DNA from: an uncultured Gammaproteobacteria bacterium
GTDB taxonomy: Bacteria > Pseudomonadota > Gammaproteobacteria > Xanthomonadales > Xanthomonadaceae
Length of the DNA: 64,000 nucleotides
Direction of reading: 5' to 3'
Assembly: GCA_966096795.1 (NCBI GenBank)
Contig: CBHTVR010000011.1
Coordinates: 324-64,323 of the forward strand
Shown here in pieces: positions 9,013 through 17,095 of this stretch. Both the position numbers and the translations under genes were made by a program. A model generated the notes under the pieces. The model had not been told where the DNA came from, made no database searches, and saw only the letters and a program-made list of their open reading frames with translations. Numbering within the stretch: the first letter of the stretch is position 1; every line of letters begins with the position of its first letter.

Positions 9013-9580
9013 AATACAAATCGCGCATATGGCTCTGCCCTGGGTCGCGAAACTGGAATCCAGTTAGTCCGTCTCTAACGACTAACTCAGGAATCATTCG
9101 AGTAACAAACACGGACGCAAAAAACCTGCCTTTCAGCTTGAATATCGGCGGAACAGAACCGATCTCCGTATATCGAAAAGCGTGCTTTCGAATGCTTGTT
9201 ATTTCACCGCTTTCAGATCGCCCACAATCAGATAACGCCTCGTCCAGAATATCTGCACTGGCCAACACATTCATTAGGTAGTACTTTCGTCCGCGCGTTT
9301 CGGTAAAAAACCGATACTCCGCGCAACTTGGGGCGGCCCGATCGAATAATTCTGCCGCGCGTTCCGATAGAAGAGGAAACGGCTCCTTCCAAGCCATCGC
9401 ATCCGCCAGCGTGCTCCGACTAGCGACCACCCTGTGGGGTGGCGCAATCCAATCGATCGGAAGCGGGCTTCCATTAAATATCTGATCAACGTAGCCCCGC
9501 GGGAGCGGAGGATCCGACAGCACATATGGATGACCATTGCTTTCGACAGACAGCTGGAATACGTCTGGAACTGTGTTCAT
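8975..9580 (-). CDS. putative immunity protein of the AHH toxin, DUF1629/Imm11-like (201 aa)
   Basis: Its ATG overlaps the Rhs TGA (ATGA at 9577..9580). The sequence pattern PLLSERAAELF...YYLMNVL...DILDEALS...PPIFKLKG...VFVTRMIPELVVRDGLTGFQFRDP matches my memory of DUF1629. It needs an HMM check. Confidence 0.6.
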   Translation of the reverse strand: MNTVPDVFQLSVESNGHPYVLSDPPLPRGYVDQIFNGSPLPIDWIAPPHRVVASRSTLADAMAWKEPFPLLSERAAELFDRAAPSCAEYRFFTETRGRKYYLMNVLASADILDEALSDCGRSESGEITSIRKHAFRYTEIGSVPPIFKLKGRFFASVFVTRMIPELVVRDGLTGFQFRDPGQSHMRDLYFGRNVNVFPGVR

Positions 9581-12489
9581 TTATTCTCCAAATCCGACGC
9601 AATCGCACGAAGCTCCTTCCTGATCTCGGCGGAACTAGAAGCCGCGTCCGTACCTCTTCTCTCAGCAGCCTCGACTCTCACTTGAACCTCCTGGTGATAT
9701 TGGAATGTGTGAACGCGCTGGTGGGCTGAAGTTGTCATCGCTGCGCCGTTATCTGCCTCATGAACGCTTACGCCGTTGCGCTCCAGAATAGCCCTAGATT
9801 CTGCGGCGCGCTTATCGCTTTGGGCAACAATATGGTGCGCGTGCTCCTCTCCTTTTATCACACCGCGATCAGCCGCGGCCATATTTCTGGCAAGCTTTGA
9901 TCCTTTGGCGATTTCTGCGCCGGCTTGCTCCACCTTCTTGGCAGTTTCAAGCACATGCGCCACCTCACTTATTCCTGGAATCGGAGACGCCACGCCCACC
10001 GCATCGATGGCCACCATCGCTACCGCCATTCCGATGCCCTGTCCGGATCGGCATGCGTGCACTAGCTCTCCAACGTCTGCTAGGAAAAATCCTATCTCTA
10101 GCGGACTTCTTCCATCGGGATCTTTGAATTCGTATGGCGAGCTGTTGGCATACCAAAATCTATTTCCGTTTAAACCGTCCCGAGTACTTACAGCTATCGG
10201 GTCTACACTGATGAATCTGGCAATCTGCGGGTCGTAGTACCGCTGCTGCATGTACGTCAGCCCAGTCGCCCGATCCATCACGTGGCCGGTGTAGCCGGTG
10301 CCGTCGATGACGGTGGCGCCGAAGGTTTCGCCGTAGGGGGTGTAGCTGTTGCGCTTGACGATGTTGCGGTTGGCATCGGTCTCCGCGACTGGGCTGCCCA
10401 GGGCGTCGGTGTGTTGGTAGCGGATGGCAGTGGCGCCTGTGCCCCAGGCCACTGCGCGCGTTGCCACCTGGGTGTTGCCGAGGTAGATGTAGCTGAGGTT
10501 TTGGGAACGACGAGCCTCTGAGGTGTAGAGCACCTGCCCACTTTGGCTATAGATCCAGAACGTGGTCTTGCCGTCGGCATCGGTGGTCTGCACGCGCCGG
10601 CCCTGACCGTCGTAGCGGTAGGTTTGCAGGCCGGTCACCTGGCTCATGCGGTTGACGCTGTCGAAGGCGTAGGCCTGGCTGTTCTTGCTGGTGGTGTTTC
10701 CGTGGCTGTCGTAGGCCAGGGTGATCAGCGTTGTGCCAGTCGGGTTCTTGATGTTCGCCAGGCGATTCGCGGCGTCGTAGTTGTATCGGTACTGGCGACT
10801 GCCCTGGTCGGCAACCCGCAGGTTGTCCAGCGCGTCATAGCCAAATACGGCGTTTCCCCACTGCTGCGGCGATACCGCTGCTGTCAGGCGATCGGCGCCG
10901 TCATAAGCCATTCCACGCGTGGTCAGGCCGTTCTGGGCCTGGTCGACGATATCGGTGACATTTCCGTTGGCGTCGTACAGGTAGGTGTCGTCGATTACCT
11001 TGGTGACTGAGCTGCCGTTGATGTAACTGTCCTGGCTACGTGTCGGCAGCAGGCGTGTATTCGCCTGCATGGCATGGGTAATCCCGTTGCCGTAGTTGAA
11101 CCCGATGATCGCGCCGTTTGCCGCGTACCGGATCGCGCTGGCATAGGTCACGCCACCACTTCCGCTAACCTGGGTCGTGCGCCCAAGCGCGTCCGGCGCG
11201 AAGCTGACAACGTGGTTGTCCGGATAGGTAAGCTGCGAGAGACTGCCGTTGGCATCGTAGCCATAGAGCAGGCCGAACAACGTTGAGGCATTGGTGGAGG
11301 TCTCCGACACCAGCAGACGGCGCTTGTTGTAGCCGTAGGTCGTGGTGACGGCATTTCCGCCTGGGTTGTTCACCGTCAGTGATTTCGTTGCTCCGTCTAG
11401 AAAATAGGTCTGGGCAAGGTCAGCGCTGCCGCCCGGCGTGATTACCGCCTGCAGGCGGTTAAGCGCGTCGTATTGCCGCCGCACCTTCTGGGCTTCGGAC
11501 ACGCTGGAGCGATCGCAGGTGGCGCCTGTGAGGCTGGTGCCTTCCGCGACCCAGACGACATTACCTGCCGCGTCATAGTCCACCAGGGTCGCGCCAGACT
11601 CCGGATTGATCGTCTTGCACAGTCGCTCGTAGGCGTCGTAGACGTAGGTCCGCGTTGCGGACACGGCGGCGGCGGGCGCTTTGACCGTGTAACTGCTGAT
11701 GGTGGATGTAGTGCTGGCCCCGGCGTTGTCGGTAGCTATGGCCTTGAATTGGTAGCTGCCTGCCGCTGCCGAGCTCAACTGCCAGGAATACGGCGCGCTG
11801 GTATCGGTACCCAACAGTGCTCCGTTCGACCAGAATGAAACGGAAGCCACGCTGCCGCCGGCATCGGAGGCATTCGCCGCCAGCGAAATCGTGGCGGGCG
11901 CGAAGCTTGAGCCGCCGTTGACCGGAGATGTGAGCTGGACCGTGGGCGGAGTGTTGGGCCCTGACACCGTGATGGTTAGGTTCGGCGATTGAGCACCGAC
12001 CCAGGCGACGCCTTCTTGCAGCATTTGCCACTGGAAGTTGTAAGTCCCCGCGACCGCTGGCGCCTTGACGGTGAAATTGAAGACCGCCGTCTGCCCGGTA
12101 GCGATTGACGTTGGCACTGCGACTCTGTTCAGGCCCCAGACGCTGTTGTCGGCAGGATTCTGTGAACCAAGCTTGTAGCCCTGGCTGGCAGACCATGTCT
12201 TGGAACCCAGATTGGTCATCTGCAGACTGACCGCGTAGCTCTGCCCCGTTGCCATGCTCAGGGGCACGGTCTGCGATGCGAACTGTGCGTCCTGAGCTGG
12301 CAGCGGCGAAGGATCACAGGTTCCACAGATACTGGCCGTTCCGCCGGTACTCGAGCCGCCGCCTGATTTGCCGCCGCCCGATTGCGCGAACGCGGTCGGG
12401 GACAGCACCAGGGCGATGGCAGCGACGAGCGCCGCAATACTGCGCAGGAGCGCCGGCTTGATGTGCAGTTGCTCATTCACGAACCACAT
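9577..12489 (-). CDS. Rhs protein, distal shell half: signal peptide, NBR1-like Ig domain, bacterial Ig-like domain, YD repeats, AHH-family nuclease toxin (970 aa)
   Basis: ORF 9577..12540 trimmed to the ATG at 12489 (AGGGGA 7 nt upstream). Signal peptide is MWFVNEQLHIKPALLRSIAALVAAIALVLSPTAFA. The NBR1-like stretch is FASQTVPLSMATGQSYAVSLQMTNLGSKTWS...GTYNFQWQMLQEGVAWVG. The Ig-like stretch is PPTVQLTSPVNG...YQFKAIATDNAG. YD repeats begin at RTYVYDAYERLC. The core end is NSSPYEFKDPDGR (10108..10122). The toxin tail contains GEEHAHHIVAQ...NGVSVHEADNGAAMTTSAHQRVH. Confidence 0.9.
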   Translation of the reverse strand: MWFVNEQLHIKPALLRSIAALVAAIALVLSPTAFAQSGGGKSGGGSSTGGTASICGTCDPSPLPAQDAQFASQTVPLSMATGQSYAVSLQMTNLGSKTWSASQGYKLGSQNPADNSVWGLNRVAVPTSIATGQTAVFNFTVKAPAVAGTYNFQWQMLQEGVAWVGAQSPNLTITVSGPNTPPTVQLTSPVNGGSSFAPATISLAANASDAGGSVASVSFWSNGALLGTDTSAPYSWQLSSAAAGSYQFKAIATDNAGASTTSTISSYTVKAPAAAVSATRTYVYDAYERLCKTINPESGATLVDYDAAGNVVWVAEGTSLTGATCDRSSVSEAQKVRRQYDALNRLQAVITPGGSADLAQTYFLDGATKSLTVNNPGGNAVTTTYGYNKRRLLVSETSTNASTLFGLLYGYDANGSLSQLTYPDNHVVSFAPDALGRTTQVSGSGGVTYASAIRYAANGAIIGFNYGNGITHAMQANTRLLPTRSQDSYINGSSVTKVIDDTYLYDANGNVTDIVDQAQNGLTTRGMAYDGADRLTAAVSPQQWGNAVFGYDALDNLRVADQGSRQYRYNYDAANRLANIKNPTGTTLITLAYDSHGNTTSKNSQAYAFDSVNRMSQVTGLQTYRYDGQGRRVQTTDADGKTTFWIYSQSGQVLYTSEARRSQNLSYIYLGNTQVATRAVAWGTGATAIRYQHTDALGSPVAETDANRNIVKRNSYTPYGETFGATVIDGTGYTGHVMDRATGLTYMQQRYYDPQIARFISVDPIAVSTRDGLNGNRFWYANSSPYEFKDPDGRSPLEIGFFLADVGELVHACRSGQGIGMAVAMVAIDAVGVASPIPGISEVAHVLETAKKVEQAGAEIAKGSKLARNMAAADRGVIKGEEHAHHIVAQSDKRAAESRAILERNGVSVHEADNGAAMTTSAHQRVHTFQYHQEVQVRVEAAERRGTDAASSSAEIRKELRAIASDLENK

Positions 12490-12582
12490 GAGGAATCCCC
12501 TAGGCTGGTATTGCAGCGGCGCTGGGCCCGACCTTGGCACCGCACTTGGTCGAGTGATTGCGCAAAAGTTTTTGCTCGGCCG

Positions 12583-15429
12583 CTAGCCGCCGGGTCCCGA
12601 GCGCGTAATCGAGCGCGGCTTGCCGAACAGGTCGCGGTCGATGGTTGTAGTGATGCCCTCGGGTGCTTCGATCAATCGAGGCAACTCCTCGCTGGGTGTA
12701 TCGTAGATCTGGAAACTTGTGGTGGTCTGGAACTGCCGTGGATTGGTTACCCGCGTCCGGAACGCGGTCAGGTACTCGCGGGTGCTTGCCAATACGCCCT
12801 GCTCGGAGTCCTGCCTGACCGCGACCACCCTGCCGAGTGCGTCGTACTCGGTGGACACGCCCTGCAACGCCTGGCTGATCAGGCTTAGCTGCGCAACGGG
12901 ATAGGAGCTGAAGATCTCCCGGCCATCTTCGTCATAGCGGTGGACGACGAAGCTGCGGGACTCGGCATTCGAAGTGTCCTCGGTCAGCGTCAGGCGCGGC
13001 CGCCACATGACATCGTAGAAGTTGGTGACCCGGGCGTTGCCCGTGTCCACCGTTTGCTTCCAGTGGCCTGGCGGTAGCCCGTACTCGTCGACCGCAATCT
13101 GTACAAAATTGCGATTGACCGGATTCCACGCAACCGTGTCGCCCGCGGGAAAGTCAATCCGCGACATGCGGCCGAGGCTGTCATAGCGATATGCGGTACT
13201 GTCGCCTAGTTGATTGCGGACGCTGGATATCTGACCGAAATCATCCACGCTCGGTGCCACCGTGCTCAGGTCGGCAAACTTGATAGTTTGCGGAATGCCG
13301 CGCTTGTGATCGCTCAGGGTGGTGACGTTGCCATTAGGATCAGTGATGCTCGCGAGCATCCCGCTGGCCGTGTAGCCATAGGTGGCGACGAGCAGCCCGA
13401 AGTTGTATGTCCGCTGCGGAAGAATGTGCGGGTCATAGTCCGTCTGGCTGACCAGGCGGCCGCCAACCGTGATCTTCCACGGTTGGCCGAGCACCCATTG
13501 GCCGTCTGCTGGCCAGTACAAGGTGGTATCGGACTTGCTCGTACCAGTGGAGTTGGACCGCACAACGGTTTCAGGCTGCCCGAAGCGGTCGAAGCTCTGG
13601 GTTTGCCTATTGAACGTGACGCCCTGAAGGGTCAGCTGGTGCAGCACTTCCGGCGTCAGGCGTTCGGTGGGCTCATCATTGGTAAACGTGAGCGGGTCGG
13701 CCATCGCCTGCCCGAGGCGCGAGGGATAGGCCCAGGGGGCAGTCGGGTCTGCGTAGGCGAATGCTTCGGTCTGCAGCCCGTCAGGCGTGTCCAGACCGGT
13801 CTGGGAAACCGCGTCCACCTTGGAGAGCAGCTTGCCTTCGAACGCGCCCCACTTGGTGCTGTACGTGTAGTGACTTGTGCGCTGGGACGGATCCGTTACC
13901 TCGACCCATTGCGTGGTCTTGCATGGCGAGGCCAGGCACTCGGACTCCGTGCTACCGGCGGCCGCGGAGTAACGATAGACCCAAGTGATCGGGTCCACGC
14001 CAGGCCCCGAGAAGATCTTGCTGGTCAATGACAGGGAGATATAAACCGGAGGAAGATCCTCGCTGGGTGGATTCTCTACGCCATCGTGATAGACGCAGGC
14101 GGTCGGAACCCAAGATCGCGCATGCCCGCGGATCGACAGGTTGAAGCGGCCAACGAGCCCACTCGGATGCACGATCTGGATGGGAACAAAATTCTCGGCT
14201 TCCGGCGCGCTGGTGTAGGTGCGAACGCCACAGGGATTCATACCCTGCGGACTTCCGAGCTTGACCACCGATCCCGAGGCCATGGACAACTGCCAGCGGC
14301 TGGCATCGGGCTGTACAACCGCGACCAGGGATCGGGTAGCGGGGTCGGTGGGATTGAGGTACTGGTAGCTCCAGGTCCGCGCATCCGCCTGGCCCGGTTG
14401 CAGGGTGATGCTGTCGATCAACGGTGCGTCGGTTCGCCATTGCACCTGGACCTTGCGGCCATCGCTGGCATTTACCTCGCGCAGCTGGTCGCCAACATAG
14501 CGGTAGCTCACCCAGTTGCCGAATCGATCCTCGACCCGCGATGCATACAGGTGTGCGACCCGGCGAGGCATGAACTCCTCGTCCATGCCCCAGTACACCG
14601 ACGGATCGTTGGTGCCGTCCAGCGCCGCTACTGTTGAATCGTCGGTTCCACTGGTGCCGGCCGTCGTCGTCAAGGAAGGGTGAGGGGTCCAAGGAATCTG
14701 CTCGACAAGGGTGGATACCGCCGGGCCGTAGGAGAGATTGTCGAACCAGTATCGTGTGCCATCCGGCGCAGTCGCCAGGAAGCCCTCCCCCGGCATGCCG
14801 TTGGATGTGGTGGGCAAGCAGGACAGCACCCAGTGTGCCGGCGTCAGCGCCGGATAGTCCGCTGCACTACCGGATGGGACCAATGAATTTTCCGCGGTGC
14901 GCTTGAGCAGCGGCTGGCTGCTTCCGTCGCCGGTGATCAGCTGGTAGCCGTGCCACCAGGCGAGGCCAAACACGAAACTGCCTTCGCTGATCGGCCCGAA
15001 CTGGCTGCAGCGCGCCGGGCTGCCGGCGACCTCGGCGCTTTCAACGTTCCAGGCGCCCTGCATGCCCATGCGCGAGCCCGGCACCAGCGTGGAGATTCGT
15101 GGTGCCGCCAGGTCCCAATCGCCCATCGGCAGATCGAAACTCAGCGATAGCGGAGAACCACTGACTTCATAGGTCCGGGTCAGCGCAATGGTTGGGCCTA
15201 TGCCCGGAAAGCTGATGTCCGTCTGGCGAAAACTGATGCCGCCGGTATACAGGCTGACGGACTCTCCGAACGGGGTCTCGCCCAGCGGCTGTATGGTCTC
15301 CCCGACCTTGATGCGGTTGAGATATTCGGTCGACGGATCGTTGATGGCGATGTCAGCATGGGCGACACCTATCGCCGTGGCCAGGAAGAAGGCAGCGGAA
15401 ACCGCGGCTGAGTGGCGCTTGCTTTGCAT
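12583..15429 (-). CDS. Rhs protein, proximal shell half: signal peptide then Rhs-type N-terminal region and YD repeats, no toxin domain (948 aa)
   Basis: ORF 12583..15480 trimmed to the ATG at 15429. Signal peptide is MQSKRHSAAVSAAFFLATAIGVAHA|D. The Rhs opening motif is SVSLYTGGISFRQTDISFPGIGPTIALTRTYEV. YD repeats include YGYTASGMLASITDPNGN and YRYDSLGRMSRIDFPAGD. Its last ~125 aa align to residues ~20-150 of ORF 6403..9012. Confidence 0.85.
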   Translation of the reverse strand: MQSKRHSAAVSAAFFLATAIGVAHADIAINDPSTEYLNRIKVGETIQPLGETPFGESVSLYTGGISFRQTDISFPGIGPTIALTRTYEVSGSPLSLSFDLPMGDWDLAAPRISTLVPGSRMGMQGAWNVESAEVAGSPARCSQFGPISEGSFVFGLAWWHGYQLITGDGSSQPLLKRTAENSLVPSGSAADYPALTPAHWVLSCLPTTSNGMPGEGFLATAPDGTRYWFDNLSYGPAVSTLVEQIPWTPHPSLTTTAGTSGTDDSTVAALDGTNDPSVYWGMDEEFMPRRVAHLYASRVEDRFGNWVSYRYVGDQLREVNASDGRKVQVQWRTDAPLIDSITLQPGQADARTWSYQYLNPTDPATRSLVAVVQPDASRWQLSMASGSVVKLGSPQGMNPCGVRTYTSAPEAENFVPIQIVHPSGLVGRFNLSIRGHARSWVPTACVYHDGVENPPSEDLPPVYISLSLTSKIFSGPGVDPITWVYRYSAAAGSTESECLASPCKTTQWVEVTDPSQRTSHYTYSTKWGAFEGKLLSKVDAVSQTGLDTPDGLQTEAFAYADPTAPWAYPSRLGQAMADPLTFTNDEPTERLTPEVLHQLTLQGVTFNRQTQSFDRFGQPETVVRSNSTGTSKSDTTLYWPADGQWVLGQPWKITVGGRLVSQTDYDPHILPQRTYNFGLLVATYGYTASGMLASITDPNGNVTTLSDHKRGIPQTIKFADLSTVAPSVDDFGQISSVRNQLGDSTAYRYDSLGRMSRIDFPAGDTVAWNPVNRNFVQIAVDEYGLPPGHWKQTVDTGNARVTNFYDVMWRPRLTLTEDTSNAESRSFVVHRYDEDGREIFSSYPVAQLSLISQALQGVSTEYDALGRVVAVRQDSEQGVLASTREYLTAFRTRVTNPRQFQTTTSFQIYDTPSEELPRLIEAPEGITTTIDRDLFGKPRSITRSGPGG

Positions 15430-15569
15430 GGAACCCCCTGCGATCGGGCCCCATCGGAGGATGGGACGCCAGGGATCCATGCTGCCGCCCGAGATTCAGG
15501 CGGCACTGTCGGCGCAAGCCGGGATCGCGTGTGGGAAAAATCCGAACGCGATCGGGCCCGACGCCTAGA

Positions 15570-16958
15570 CTACTTCTTGTCGTCGGGCTTGCTTAGCTTG
15601 TCCAGCAACTTCCGCCCCTCATCCGACTGCGCCAAGCCTTCCAACATGCTCGCCACCGCCGTACCGCCGCCGGCCGAGAACAGGTCCATCACGCTGGCCA
15701 AACCCTTGCCCGGCGTGCCGGCATTGGCGATGACCTTTACCTGCGCGGTCTTCAGCGCGCCGGCCTGGGCCTCGCCCACGGCCTGGCTGGCTTCGATATT
15801 GCGGATGCCCAGCAGGTATTCCTGGTAGCCCTTGTCGGCGCCGATCTTCTCGGCCAGGGTGATCTGCGCGGTAACGGGCGCCATAAGAATGGCGGTTTCG
15901 GCCGAGCCCTTCGCCGCACCCTCCACCGCAATACCTTCGGCATTGCGCTTGGCCGCTTCCAGCTTGCCTTCGGCCGTCAGCACCGTCTGCGTCTTGCTGC
16001 CCTCGGCTTCCACGATGGCGACTTGCTTGGTCGCTTCGGCGTCCACAATGGCCACCTGCTTGGCCTGGCCGGCGGCGATCACCGCCACCTCGCGGGCGAT
16101 TTCAGCGCCGCGCACGTTCTTCACCTGCACCACGTCCATTTCCTTCACCGCGGTTTCGCGCTGCTGCACTTTCACCTGCTGGCTGGCCTGCTCGTTGGCC
16201 ACGCCCACGTTCTTGTCTTTCTCGGCGGTGCGCAGGCCCACTTGCTCGGCGGCCAACTGCTTGGCCATTTCGATTTCGCGCTTCGCGGCAATTTCGGCCA
16301 TCTCGGCCTGGCGTGTATTGTCGGCCACCACCAGGCGCGACTCGCGCTCGATGCCCGAGGTGCGCTTGGCCATGATGTTGTGGATGACTTCGCTTTCCTT
16401 GGAATCGCGGATATCCATCAGCTCGATGTTCTTGATCGCTTCCACGCCCCAGCTGCCCAACTGCGGCTGCACTTCCTTGGTGAAGGCCTCGCCGAAGCGG
16501 CTGCGGTCGAGCATGATCTGGTCGATCTCGTGCGCAGCCAGCACGGTACGCACCGCGCCTTGCACGATCGAGGTCAGCTGCACCTGCAGTTCGTTGAAGC
16601 TGGCCACGCGCTGCGCCGCCGTGTTCGAGTCGCTGATGCGAAAGAAGGCCATGACATGTACCAGGAACGGCACCCGCTCCTTGTCATAGGCGGCGTAGTC
16701 CGGAAGGTCTATGGCGAAGTTCGACACCGGCAGCATGATCTTGGTCAGGCCGATCAGCGGAATCCAGCTGGGCCATTCGTAGTAGGTGTTGCTTTCGAAG
16801 CCCTTGCCGTAGGAAATCGTGGTTTTCCGGCTCTGCACGATGTGCACTTCGTTTACCGGCACCACGCGGCGCAGCGAAACCACCCAGAAAAACAGCATGG
16901 TCGCGATGACCAACACCACGACTGCCACCAGGGTATAAACCAGCGAATAGCCAAACAT
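15570..16958 (-). CDS. flotillin / SPFH (band 7) family membrane protein (462 aa)
   Basis: N-terminal TM helix, SPFH-like region, and a long Ala/Glu/Gln-rich coiled-coil region (AIVDAEATKQVAIVEAEGSK) typical of YqiK-like flotillins. Confidence 0.85.
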   Translation of the reverse strand: MFGYSLVYTLVAVVVLVIATMLFFWVVSLRRVVPVNEVHIVQSRKTTISYGKGFESNTYYEWPSWIPLIGLTKIMLPVSNFAIDLPDYAAYDKERVPFLVHVMAFFRISDSNTAAQRVASFNELQVQLTSIVQGAVRTVLAAHEIDQIMLDRSRFGEAFTKEVQPQLGSWGVEAIKNIELMDIRDSKESEVIHNIMAKRTSGIERESRLVVADNTRQAEMAEIAAKREIEMAKQLAAEQVGLRTAEKDKNVGVANEQASQQVKVQQRETAVKEMDVVQVKNVRGAEIAREVAVIAAGQAKQVAIVDAEATKQVAIVEAEGSKTQTVLTAEGKLEAAKRNAEGIAVEGAAKGSAETAILMAPVTAQITLAEKIGADKGYQEYLLGIRNIEASQAVGEAQAGALKTAQVKVIANAGTPGKGLASVMDLFSAGGGTAVASMLEGLAQSDEGRKLLDKLSKPDDKK

Positions 16959-17095
16959 GGGTAACCCACCAGCAAGGGAACGGACAGCCAGTATATGCGC
17001 CGCCGGTGACCGGGCCAGCCCTGGGGTATGCGTTGCAACTCTGCGACAAAACTCCTGCTACGATGTTCTGGTACGGCCCACCAGGGGGAGGCGCC

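Noticed and set aside
12583-15429. TcB/SpvB-like component of an ABC (Tc) toxin
   Set aside because: There is no SpvB-type N-terminal signature, no TcA-like gene nearby, and the size is well below TcB. The analogy to TcB/TcC is kept only as a structural precedent for a two-chain shell.
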